Shown here: one piece after another, positions 44,658-57,723 of the stretch
Numbering within the stretch: position 1 is the first letter of the stretch
Layout: each line of letters starts with the position of its first letter
Assembly (NCBI GenBank): GCA_951406725.2
Contig: OX597830.1
Location: 36,084,001-36,148,000 of the forward strand
Direction: 5' to 3'
Source: Octopus vulgaris
Taxonomy: Eukaryota
DNA: 64,000 nt
Made by a program: the position numbers and the translations under genes
Notes under the pieces: generated by a model
What the model was told of the DNA's origin: nothing
What the model saw: the letters and a program-made list of their open reading frames with translations, nothing else
Databases searched by the model: none

Positions 44658-45590
44658 TATATAAAAATACACGCAAACATATACATATATAAGAATATAT
44701 GTGTGTATGTGTGTATATACTTCTACGGTGGGAACACAAACGTTTCCAGCAAGTGATATCCAGTAGGTACGATTGTCTGCGGCACAGCAGGCAGAATTTT
44801 TAAATTTATCCAAGTGTTTTGTACCAGCTGGTCCATACACGTCAGCGGAATTTTTTTGTTGTGAGTATGCTTGCATAGTAACTACTCATCTCCCATCTCA
44901 TCTTAAATTCTCCCATAGCGACCGCTAAACAATATTTATTCATCAACGTAATAAGTTTGTTATTGAAGATAAATTGCTACGAATTTCCTCGTTATTGAGT
45001 GTTGCTCGTTGCAAACTTTTATAGCCAACGTCCAACCGATATATTGTAGGGTATTTCTTAATATCCATGTTCATATGGCTCTATTTAACAGCACGCTTTC
45101 TATGAATATCCTGAGTAATTTGAGTTTCAGGTTGCAATATGGTTTTCCTTTCTACATGGTTGCCATTTTCTGAAATGTCGACCCTGCTCGAGCAACTTTT
45201 CGTAGCTTGTTATACAGGCTTTGAAATACTTGATATCTCCGTCTTTTTGAGTGTGTCTCTCTGAGATAATAATATCAGTATGAGATTGATTAACTGAGGG
45301 AACCTAGTTTTGTTTTTTTGTTTTTTGTTTTTTTTTGTCTTTCTACAACTTTGAACAGCTGTAAATTCCACATTTTGTATACATCATTGACCTTTCATTA
45401 CAGCTGATATCAATTCAATATTATCTGCCAAATTTGTATTTGCTATCGTTTAGATAGATTATGTAACATTATGCTCCAAGAGTGTGAATCCGATACATTA
45501 GTAAGTAACGGAAAACCTCATAACATAAATAACATAATCTAATGCTATTACGAGAGGATAATGCGCCCCAAGTACCTATATATATATATA

Positions 45591-45636
45591 AACAGTCTGA
45601 CGATGGCTTAACTGGCCGAAACTTCGAAGTCAGTTA
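45591..45636 (+). ncRNA. Minimal type-I hammerhead ribozyme-like motif
   Basis: CUGACGA-U-GGC-UUAACUG-GCC-GAAAC-UUCGAA-GUC: canonical core, palindromic stem III ACUUCGAAGU, GUC triplet. Stem I is imperfect. AATAAA lies ~25 nt downstream. Confidence 0.6.
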
Positions 45637-45774
45637 ACAACATTCTTTTATAACAATAATAAAGTTGTATTTTACTAAAGCATAGAGTAACCTATCAGAT
45701 TAATATAAATTGTTTATATTATAACTGAACATGAAAACAAGCATTGATATACGTGTGCATGTTTGTGCGTGTAT

Positions 45775-45816
<42 letters not shown>

Positions 45817-45826
45817 CAGTATACAA

Positions 45827-46050
45827 TTCAACACATTAAGCGGTTTCCATCATAGGTAGCCCTTATGCTACAAAGAACAGTTAAAGTCCAAACCATTAAT
45901 TAGGGATAAATTCTCGAATGGAATGAAAAATAATAATTTTATTTGCTAAAATAAATCAGAAACCACAGTAAATGTTTTTCTTTTTCACTCCCTTCGAGAA
46001 TTTATCCCTAATTAGTGGCTTGGACAATGGAAACCTCTTAATGTGTTTAA
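45827..46050. mobile_element. MITE/foldback-like element with bipartite long inverted repeats
   Basis: 45830-45850 pairs with 46027-46047, and 45886-45930 pairs with 45981-46025, with few mismatches. Confidence 0.7.
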
Positions 46051-46401
46051 ATGTACGCTGTATTTTATATCAATAATATATAGTATATTGACTCATTTTT
46101 CTATACGCTAGACCACTGGTAGTTAAAAATTTCTAAAATCTTTATTACCCTGGTATTATTAATTATGTATAATGATTTCTAGAATATTTATTCGAAGAAA
46201 TTGCCGGCATCTTTTTGCTGCCGACAAAAAACTGCGCTTGCGCGGTAGATTTGAAAAACTTATAATGTATAAGCAAGAGGCACATGCTGGATTGGCCTCG
46301 TGTTTATATGTTTAATTTTGGCGTACCTGTTGACGAAGACTTCGCCTAGCAATTTATTTTATTTGCTAAAATAATAATAATAATAATAATACTTAATATT
46401 A

Positions 46402-46526
<125 letters not shown>

Positions 46527-47596
46527 TTATATATATATATTTATATATACATACAGAGTTGTGCTATCTTACTTTTCATATTTTCCTGCACTATGAAACG
46601 TGAATGCACTCGCTGCAGGATTTCTTCCCGTAGGAATAAAATTTCTTCATCCTACTGTGTGTATAAAACCCACCAAGCACCAAACGTAGTCAGAAAAATA
46701 TTAGACACAGTGTTTCAGCGTGATTTTGCGCAAATGTTCGATACCGTTTTTGTCATCTAGAGCAAGAGAGGAACATCTGTTCCCTTATAGGAAGCAGTAA
46801 ACAAATTATTTGCTGATGTGTGGCGAAGCTTGCCAGGCTGAAATAAATTTAGCATAAGCGCACAAAGAAGGAAAGATCAAAACAATGTTCCTTTATTTCA
46901 ACGCTTTCTTGCACATTACGATTTACTGCAAGATGCAGAGCGTTCTTGTTTGCAAGTAAATGTGAAATATAAATGTATGCATCCTTATTTTGATTTTCGC
47001 TTCATTGTGTGCTTATAGTGACTTGACGCAGAGAAAAAAGTAATTACATGTGTAAACACATATATTAATAAATGGGCTTCTAAAAGTTTTACTTTAAAGC
47101 CAAAACAATGCAACATCATTTCTCCGAAGATTTCCTGAAAAAGGGGTCCTAACCCCGAAATATTAAAATAAAAGGGAAAAAAGCACAAATCGTCGGCTTG
47201 TGTTGTTTCTTATAAGATGATACGTAAAAAAGTAATGCAAGTAAAAATTGCATTATTTTCTGATTCTCCCTCGTAACTTGCATTGTTTTAAAATAAAATT
47301 AAAAAATTATTTATATCAACCAATTCTTCATGTGAATTATAATACGCTAACATTTCAATAAGTATATTTTTCATGGTGCCGTGCAGGGAAGCAGCATGGT
47401 GGTCTGAAAAAATTGTCTTGACTCTCATATAAAGAAACTATTAGTATCAGCTTTGGTTTCAGGTAGCCAAATAAAATTAATATGGAACTTTATGGTATTG
47501 AGTACTTGTTCATTCGCTCACCTTCTATGTAATTATATACATGTGTGCATGTGTAGATAGATAAATAGATACATAGATTTACATATATATATATAC

Positions 47597-47667
<71 letters not shown>

Positions 47668-48346
47668 TACATATATACACACACATATATTTATATACAA
47701 ACATGCACACACATAAATATACTTACATACATGCATACATATACGTATAGATAGATGTAGTTATATACATATATACATAGGGAGTAGTGCGTGTCTCTTT
47801 GTGTGTGTTTATACGCGTGTATATGTGTCTCTGTGTCTACGTGTGTGTTTATTTTTGTGTGCATTCGTGTCCAGACTTCAATACAGCGATAGGTAATAAG
47901 ATGTATGGAGACAAATGGAGAGATAAAAAACAGACTGGAATAGGATGTGCGTACGCTCTCTTTTGTGTGTTTGTATATTATTATTTGTGCAATGGAGAAG
48001 AGTGAGGTCGAGAGAGGAAAGGTGAGCAGGCAGAAGAGCGAGTGAGAAAGGTGAGTCAAAAAGAAGTTGTAAGTTCGAGAAAACAAAAGAATATGTCTTG
48101 GAGTTTCAATCGACGTAACAGAAACGGAAATGTTTACACAATAGAATGACTAAAATAATGCATTACGTGCGTATGTAAATGTGTGAGTGTGAAGCCTTAT
48201 CATATGTGTATGCATATATATATATATGCATATACACACATATATACTCATACATATATACAATATATATGAATACATATATAAAATATGTATGTATATA
48301 TATGTACAATATATATGCATATATCTGCCTATATATTTTCGTGCAA

Positions 48347-48396
<50 letters not shown>

Positions 48397-48421
48397 CTGC
48401 CTATATATTTTTCAATACAAG

Positions 48422-48457
<36 letters not shown>

Positions 48458-48464
48458 CATGTAT

Positions 48465-48495
<31 letters not shown>

Positions 48496-49165
48496 AAGGG
48501 TGGGGTATATATATCTGCGTGTGAGTGAGTATGTGAGTGCGTGTAACCGTTACGTGATCTCATGTTTATCCATATGTATATATATGCATCCATATGTGTT
48601 TATACTTATGTGAGTATATGTTTGTGAGTTTGCGCGCGCGTGTTTGTATTGTGCGTATGTGTGTGTGTTTGTGTGTGCGCGTGCGGATGTGAGTGTGTGT
48701 TTGTGCGTATGATGTAATAGAATATGCTTTATCTGAAAATCGGAATTTCACAATGGATTCCTAAAGATTTCGCCAATCAGTATTCATATTTTAATGCTTT
48801 GGTATGGTTATATAGAGATTCCAAGAATGTATATTTGAATCCCTATATAACCCTATATTAAACTAACTAGGACCAAATCGTTCCATTCGGCTACCTCAGT
48901 TACACCAATTGTCTGTGTATCTTACGACATGTTCGGCGCATGTCCTTCACTGCGCTCCTTTCTCGAATAATTCAATTTCAGATATACTGTCACGATAATA
49001 TAATATGCTATTTCAATATTGATGGATTTAACAAAAAACGCACTCCATCCAGCGGGAGATAAATGTGAGCTACAATAAGTTTAATGCTCTGATAATACAA
49101 TAATTGGACGAGTTTGTATACCGTTCATTGTATTACCGCACAGTTTTTCAGGCTCAAAACACAAC

Positions 49166-49190
49166 ATGGCTTCTCTCTGCGAGAAAGCGG
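49166..49190 (+). CDS. Candidate short initial coding exon (MASLCEKA/G), gene unidentified
   Basis: caacATGGC start context and a perfect donor CGG|GTAAGT at 49191, in non-repetitive sequence. Possible acceptor tttttcag at 49151. No homology support. Confidence 0.25.
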
Positions 49191-49741
49191 GTAAGTAAGA
49201 GAAAAAAGTAAATGAAAAGGGAAACAAGAAAATAATTGCTTGGAAGGAAGAGATAGATAAGAGTTGCATTCCTTGAGTCCTCTAGAAAGGAATTAATACA
49301 GGTTGGTGTGATTAATTCAGTGAAGAACGGTTAAAGTGTGTGAGACTCTATGCCTTAATAGGAGAGGATGTTGTTTTCCAGTTCGATAACAAAAACTTAC
49401 CCGACTGTTTGTATTTCTAGAAGTAGACTTAACATTAAAGGCATAATCATCTCTTTTGTTCATTAGGCATTTCTCATCTTTTTTCGTTTGGGACGGGGGA
49501 GATTGAAACGCAGAATTTTCGAAATGTGGACTGAGTCCAATCTTTTCCATGACATCATTATCATCATCGTTGTTGCTGTCATCGTCATCATCATCATGAC
49601 CATTATTGTCGTCGTTGTCGTCACAGAAAAAAGTCAGAGAGAGAGAGAGAGTGACTTCATGTGTACACAAGTCCAGTAAATCAGTGGTTATGTGAAAAAA
49701 CATCAGGAAAAGTACATATGTATGTGTGTGTGTATTTGTCT

Positions 49742-49793
<52 letters not shown>

Positions 49794-50601
49794 ATACATA
49801 TATTGTGCGTACATTTCATGTTTAGCGCAAAATGTCAGATTCTTTACAGTTGCATCCTGACGAATTTGATGTAAATGAAATGGAAGAAACGGCTACACGG
49901 CAGAGTTGGATTCTATACATAAAAGCACGCATACATACCTATTATACATAAATACTTACGTATATGTATGTATGTATGTATGTATGCATGCACGTATGTA
50001 TGTATGCACGTATGTATGTATGTATGTATGTATGCATGCACGTATGTATGTATGTATGTATGTATGTATGTATGTATGTATGTATGTATGTATGTATGTG
50101 TGTATGCATGTATATATGTATGTATGTGTGTATACATTCGCATAGGCACATGCATATATCGTCAGCGAGAGACAAAAGAGAGGAAAGAAAGAAAACGAAC
50201 GATAAGAAAGGCGACTGAATGTGACAGCCAGATCTAAGTCTTGTAAGACATTTATGCCAATAACATAGATTTTCCACACTCTTTTACTTCCCCACTTATC
50301 AATTAATTCCAAATAGATGTATTCATTAACAAATAGTTCTTCATTGTACACATCAAATTAGAACACTCACCGCAGAGTCATCAACAAATAGAAGGAAAAA
50401 AAGAAAAAAGCAACACATTCAAATACATGAGTAAGTTTATGAATGCATTGATGTGTATCTATATATGCATACAAAAAGACACACGCACACACATACACGC
50501 ATACATATAAGTTTATAAGTAGGTGCGTATGTGTGTATGTGTGTGACTGCATGTGTATACGTGTATGAATGTTTCTGCCTGTGTTTGTATATGTACATAT
50601 A

Positions 50602-50661
<60 letters not shown>

Positions 50662-50757
50662 TCTGTTTACTTTAATGTTATTTTGCGTTACTGTTTACAG
50701 TGTGATTATTATGGTTTATTGTGATGTTAACTAGTATATATGTACTTATATATATAT

Positions 50758-50797
<40 letters not shown>

Positions 50798-50841
50798 CTA
50801 GTATATATGTACTTATATATATATATATATGTATATATGTA

Positions 50842-50887
<46 letters not shown>

Positions 50888-51107
50888 CATAAAATACGTA
50901 TGTAGCAATAATTCATACAGTTACTAATATATAATCATCTTGCTTGATTAGTATACGTCTGAGCAATGAACACATACGCGCACGTGTTGATGTATGTGTG
51001 TATAAATACACACATAAGGTATACACATACAGACACGCATGTATACATCTATGTGTCCAATTATGTATCTTTGCGTATGTGCACACATATTGTTGTTGTT
51101 GTTATTG

Positions 51108-51172
<65 letters not shown>

Positions 51173-51715
51173 GAGTGAGAGAGCAGTGCATGCCATCAAA
51201 GTGACACTGGGGTAAAATATACGAAGCCCAATATACCCATCATGACTACCCGTCTGATAAAGGTACACCAGGCACATGCATCACAACCATATGTGCGCGA
51301 CATGGTGATCGCATATCAAGATAAACAGCACATGACCTTGCAGGTGGGGCCCAGTTAGAATTTTCTTCAGGTTGAGTAGCCCCTCCCGCTCAAAAGGTCC
51401 CTGAATAAGGGTTGTTTAAGGATGTTGAAAGAACCACCCATGTTTCCAGAGGTGAATTATTCAAACCCCAAAGAATCTCTCTCAACACATGGCTATGATG
51501 CTCCCCCACTACTTCTGCTCGTGATCAGAGATGCACATATCGTCAGCCACTAAGGGACATGTTCAACTGGTTAAGGTCAAACAACTGACAAGCAAATCTG
51601 TGGTATTGAGCAGAATATTTGCTGTAGCCCATCTTTTATACCAAGACAAAACAATGTACATGATAACACTTCCAATCAGTTAAGATCAGAAGCCATGAGA
51701 GCCACTGCCTGGTAC

Positions 51716-51716
<1 letters not shown>
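51173..51716. mobile_element. ~540-bp non-coding insertion within (ATT)n
   Basis: Sharp-edged, higher-GC, ORF-less block with (ATT)n on both sides. Confidence 0.6.
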
Positions 51717-51790
<74 letters not shown>

Positions 51791-51812
51791 GTTATTAGTA
51801 TAATTATTATTA

Positions 51813-51864
<52 letters not shown>

Positions 51865-51892
51865 CATTATTATTATTATTATTACTAGTACT

Positions 51893-52110
51893 TGTAGGCG
51901 TTTAGCTGGCAGAATCGTTTACATGCCTGGGATATTGCTTAGCGCCATTTTTCCAACCCTTCTTATTCTGAATTTAAATATCACTGAAGTTCACTTCACC
52001 TTCATCCCTTAGGGGTCAATAAAATAAGAACCAATTGGGATCAAGGGACAATGTAATCAATTAGCACCTTCCCCGAATGTTTCAGGTCTTGTGCCAATAA
52101 TAGAAAGAAA
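51893..52110 (+). mobile_element. SINE family A, strongly diverged
   Basis: taggcg..tagctggcagaatcgtt...ttcatcccttaggggtcaataaaataag...ggtcttgtgcc.ataatagaaag. Confidence 0.7.
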
Positions 52111-52369
52111 TAATATTTATCATTTAATTAATATTTTACCAATAAACTTCATCGATTAATCGATTAATTGTTCGGTCGATTTCTCAAAATCCTGTCGTTG
52201 CTGGTCGCAACCTCATCAATGGCACAGCCTCTCTACTCCAGATCTGCTTCCGGTCAAAACTAATTATAATGATAAGAGAGTGAATTAGAACTTGCGCGCG
52301 TGTTACTATTAGCAAAAATCTGTTTTAACACACAAATTCACATCAAGAATATTGAAAAGTAAATATAAA

Positions 52370-52469
52370 GTACATTATTTACATTATTTACATTTGACTG
52401 ATATTTGTCCTCATCTTGTTTGTTGTTAACTCAACGTTTCGGCTGATATACCCTCCAGGCTTCATCAGG
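52370..52469 (-). mobile_element. Inverted partial 3' copy of family E containing a hammerhead core
   Basis: Minus strand reads CUGAUGA-A-GCCUG-GAGGGUAUAU-CAGCC-GAAAC-GUU-GAGUU. Reverse complement of 52746-52845. Confidence 0.8.
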
Positions 52470-52533
52470 CATATGGCGTAGTGGTTAATAGCGCGGGTTA
52501 CTATCCACAAGATTCCCAGTTGGTTTTCAGTGA

Positions 52534-52600
<67 letters not shown>

Positions 52601-52872
52601 AAGAAGAAGAAGAAGAAGAAGAAGAAGAAGAAGAAGAAGAAGAAGAAGAAGAAGAAGAAGAAGAATAATTAACAATTATAATTATACAACAACATCGAAA
52701 AATATCTTAGGAATGAGAACCCAGGTTCAAAATTTCCCCAAGATACCTGATGAGGACTGGAGGGTATATCAGCCGAAACTGCGTCAACAACAAACAAGGT
52801 GAGCACAAATATCTGTCAAATGTAAATAATGTAAATAAGGTACATAATTCTTCGTTTCTTAAATATAAAGCT
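52469..52872 (+). mobile_element. Family E: tRNA-like head + (AAT)n/(AAG)n + hammerhead-containing tail
   Basis: A-box TGGCGTAGTGG at 52474-52484, degenerate B-box at ~52518, microsatellite at 52538-52690, GATAC-CTGATGA-GGACTG..CAGCC-GAAAC at 52742-52779. Confidence 0.7.
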
Positions 52873-53073
52873 GAAAAACGAAGTATATGAATTCTTGGAG
52901 AAAGAGCGTAACTACCTAATTCAAACCGTTAGGGAAACATGATATCAATAAAAAAAGAAATTTTAAAGAGTGTTTGCATAAAGATTGACGAAAGGAACTT
53001 TCCACCGAGATAGATACATGCATAGAAGCATTAATATGTCTATATATTCAAATGAACTCATCCATAGACACGA

Positions 53074-53140
<67 letters not shown>

Positions 53141-53141
<1 letters not shown>

Positions 53142-53405
53142 CAGGAAGCTTTACGGAAATAAACAAAAGACGAAGGCAGGTGGAGTACAAACAAACAATT
53201 GTATTAGTATGGCGCTCAGGAATAGAAATAAAACAAGTTTTTACGTTTCGAGCCTACGCTCTTTAACAGAAAGATACACAGAAAAGAAACACGGAGAGAA
53301 ATAAGGAGAGAAAAAACATACGTGCAGGAGCTAACGATTCAACATGGCGGTCTGATTTCGGCCAGAAGTCAGAGATCAGACGTTAGACGCAAGAGAGATA
53401 GTAGG
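53141..53405 (-). mobile_element. Short Penelope-like repeat with hammerhead-like motif (copy 2 of 8270-8441)
   Basis: Aligns with 8270-8441. Motif at 53238-53274 has a perfect stem II GAGC/GCUC but core CUGUUAA. Confidence 0.65.
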
Positions 53406-53461
53406 GGATATATATATATATATATATATATATGTTTATATATATACACATAAATATATAT

Positions 53462-53847
53462 ACAAAAGGTTGAAAAGGAACACACGAGTTAATATATATG
53501 GAAAAAGTCAAGGTAAAAAATGCTAAAATAATTTTACAAAAAAAAAAAGCAATTCAGTACCGGTTTCAGTCATTGAGACTTTTTGAACTGTAAGTATGGA
53601 AAACAATTAAATTTTGGAAAAATTTAAAGAAAATTTATTAAAAGAATATTTGCATAAAGTTCAAATACAAGGGGCATTTTCCTTGTTCCTGCCTGTCTCT
53701 GTCTCTCTTGTTTACTCGTGTGGGTTCGAGGTCGTTGTGTATTTAAATGTATTTCAATACTATTTGAATGTATTGAACATTATGCAAATATTCTTTAAAA
53801 ATATTTTCTGTTAATTTTTCCAAAATTTAATTGTTTTCCATACTTAC
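53462..53847 (-). mobile_element. Repeat with a hammerhead-like motif and an ~80-bp inverted duplication
   Basis: Motif at 53555-53590. 53590-53669 is inverted at 53769-53847. Confidence 0.55.
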
Positions 53848-53849
53848 TT

Positions 53850-53910
<61 letters not shown>

Positions 53911-54149
53911 TATATATAAAATATGCATACATAAACATAAATACACAAACATACATGCTTGCATACTTACACATACATATGTGTGTATGTGTGTGTATAT
54001 ATATATATATATAAACATAAATACCTATATACAACCATACACAAGCACATACACAGTGCATCTGAAACAATGTAAGCAAAACCAAAGAAACGTTGACAGA
54101 TGGCATCCGCTGCAGTTCATAGCATTTCCTGAAAATTAAAACTCTCACG

Positions 54150-54730
54150 CCATAGCCACCGCCACCAGTATTCTAATGTTTTTTCACTACAACCATCACC
54201 ATAATAGTTTACAGTTCAACCACAACAAAAGACATCGTTGTAACCAAGACTGCAAAACCTCTCATTCCCTCATATAACCATCCTCACCTTTATCACTACA
54301 ACCGTAGTTTCCCATCGAACTAGAACGAATTTACATCAGCACCACAATTATTATCAACCACCATTACTATCAACCAACAGGAAATTTACCACCATCAAAT
54401 CCACAATTAGCGCCACCAGAATCACCGCCATTACCATCTAAAGAAATTGTCATTTAGCAAAACAATCCCAAGCGCCATCAACATAATCCAGTCGTCATTA
54501 GCAAAACCACTACAACGCCAACGCCACCAGCACCATGATTAAACTGTAACCGGCGCCACCCCAACCACATATATGTCCCCAGTGCCACTAGCGCAATCAC
54601 CTGATCATCAGCAGTAACCCTCAACGACGACACCAACCTCTAGCACTCCATAACCGTCATCAGGCCCAGCAACTCAACGGCGACTACCACCACCACCGCC
54701 CATATACACGTCATGAGTACCACTGCCACG
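54150..54730. repeat. Cryptic (ACC/ACA/ATC)-rich decayed microsatellite
   Basis: Strong C/A skew and triplet periodicity without a long ORF. Confidence 0.6.
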
Positions 54731-55114
54731 TCCGCAATTGCTTTACCTCTATTAATAATTGGATTAAAGCACCCTCCTTGATATAATGGATAGAACTTAT
54801 TGAATGAAATCTAAAGACATACAGTAAAAATAAATATCACAAAATTGCGATAAAAGAAAACGAGAGGAAAAAAAAAACACAAGCACCGACTAGAAAAATC
54901 AACCCCGACCATACATACATACATACCAACACATGCATACACACACACACATACATACACCCATACTCATATACTCACATATACACAAAGACAAGAGCAG
55001 TGATATAAAAAACGACAAAATTTTGATCGGTTTCTTCTACTCATTCTTCCAGCTCTCATTCACTCAATTCCGCTTTTTCTCGCACATACACACATGGATC
55101 GCATGCATGTCCGT

Positions 55115-55207
<93 letters not shown>

Positions 55208-55261
55208 CTAGATAAATAGATAGATATATATACATATATACATATACATATATATATACAC

Positions 55262-55343
<82 letters not shown>

Positions 55344-55481
55344 ACATATGTAAATATGCATACATATGCTACTAGTTATGTTTATAAATGAATGTATTAA
55401 TGTGTGTATATATATATATATATATATACATAAACACATATACACACATTGATAGACAAAAACAGATAAATCGATCGATTA

Positions 55482-55600
<119 letters not shown>

Positions 55601-56034
55601 TGAGCGGGGTAAATGTATATAAGCATGCTGTGGTGGAGAGAGAGAGGGCGTGGGAAGAGGAAGGGGAAGGTTTGATTGCAAGAGCTTTGTCCTGGTCTAG
55701 TACGTATATTGGCAAAGATGCATGAATACGTCTGTGAAAGAATACCATTAAGCTATATGAGATTTCTTCAGCGTCATTACCGTGTGAATTGCGGAACTCC
55801 TAATGGTGTCCTCAGCCGAGAGTCTCCTGTCGCCTGATCAATGTTGAAAAGAAATCAGACCTCAGCGGGTAATTACTATGTAGAAAATTTACATCTATAT
55901 ATAACCACATGCCATATTTATACTTACGTACATATGCACACGTAGATAGCAACGCATTTCAGTGTGTATTTGTGTATATACATCTATAAATTGTATGTAT
56001 GTGTGTCTGTTTCCACTCGTTTATATATATATAC

Positions 56035-56067
<33 letters not shown>

Positions 56068-56068
56068 G

Positions 56069-56103
<35 letters not shown>

Positions 56104-56415
56104 TTTGAATGTATTAATTTTGAGAGATGTATATGTATATATTTAGGCATGCTTGTATGTATATATACAGTACTGGTTCGTGAGAGTGAGTGTGTGTATG
56201 AGAGAGAGAGAGAGAGAGTTTAAAATATATAAAAAGGACATACGTGTATGTATGCACATAACATACATGTACATCAGCCTACAGACGTACATGCATTGAT
56301 GAATGAGAAAATGTATGCATAGCTAAATATAAACTTATTTGTATATGTATGAGCCTATTTAATTCATTTATATACGTCTCTGTCTAATTTTCTTACCTCT
56401 TTATCCATATATATA

Positions 56416-56500
<85 letters not shown>

Positions 56501-56699
56501 GCATATATATGTATATATGTATATATATATGTATATATATATATATACGAAGATCTTAAGATTTTAAAGAGGCATATAGGTAGATAGATTGATAGATAGA
56601 TAGAAACATATATTCATATGTGTGCGTGTGTATGTTTATAACTCTACATGCGTGTATGCATATATATATATTTATATACATGAGTGTGTATGTCTCTCA

Positions 56700-56735
<36 letters not shown>

Positions 56736-57371
56736 CTTTAAATTCAAAGTGCATGTATATATATATGTATATAGAGAGAGAGAATGAGAGGGAGAAAGAG
56801 AGACAGTGAGAGAGTGTGTGTGTCACAAATTAGCATATACAGACCTACATACACATGCGAAATGTTTGTATGTAAATGTATGATTCTAAATAAGCGTATG
56901 TTTGTATTTGCACCACAGCGTAGTGTGTTTATAGTGCGAGTAATAGTGTGCGTAGAATATGTGCGATTTAGCTAAATGAATTATGCACCCTCTTGTCTCC
57001 ATAGATTTAGAGAATTTATATATTTTCGAAGTTTTTATATATCTATATTTCTTTTTTACTTCAGCAAAGAAAAGAGAAGAAAATTTTCGGAATAGAAATA
57101 AATAATAGATATTGAAAAGAGTCAAAGAAATCAAAGACAATGCCAGAAAAGACAAGGCAAAGTGAAGGAATTGAGAATTTGGTAAAGAAAATCTAAAGAC
57201 AGAAAAAAAATAAATGGGTAAAAGAATTTAATGAAAAAATTAGAAAAAATTAATAAATCGAAAGTAAAAAATAGAAATCTATAGGAATTGAGAGACAAAG
57301 TAATTTAAATACTTACATTAATTCCCCTTCCCAATCACATACATATACACACATGAGTGAGTATACATATA

Positions 57372-57441
<70 letters not shown>

Positions 57442-57528
57442 CATATATGCATATATATACATATGCATATACATCAACTAATTTAAATACTATATACATA
57501 CAAACATGCATCATTACACATACACACA

Positions 57529-57566
<38 letters not shown>

Positions 57567-57668
57567 CGAGAGAAAGAGAGGGACATATAGATTTACATAT
57601 ACATAGGAATATACACACATGTATATGTATATATGGGTTTTCTTGAGTGTATTTAGATCTAGTTCTCT

Positions 57669-57723
<55 letters not shown>

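Noticed and set aside
44735-44880. Non-repetitive N-terminus of ORF 44514-44876
   Set aside because: Runs into a microsatellite; at best a faint RTE RT relic, not supportable as a gene.
50229-50251. CCAGATCTAAGTCTT resembling the 5' part of miR-750
   Set aside because: The 3' half diverges and there is no complementary arm for a pre-miRNA hairpin.
50729-50830. Local duplication AACTAGTATATATGTACTTATATA (similar cases at 48320-48415 and 13081-13112)
   Set aside because: Ordinary slippage duplications.
55765-55875. Possible exon bounded by ttcttcag and CGG|GTAATT
   Set aside because: Stops in all three frames and a weak acceptor.
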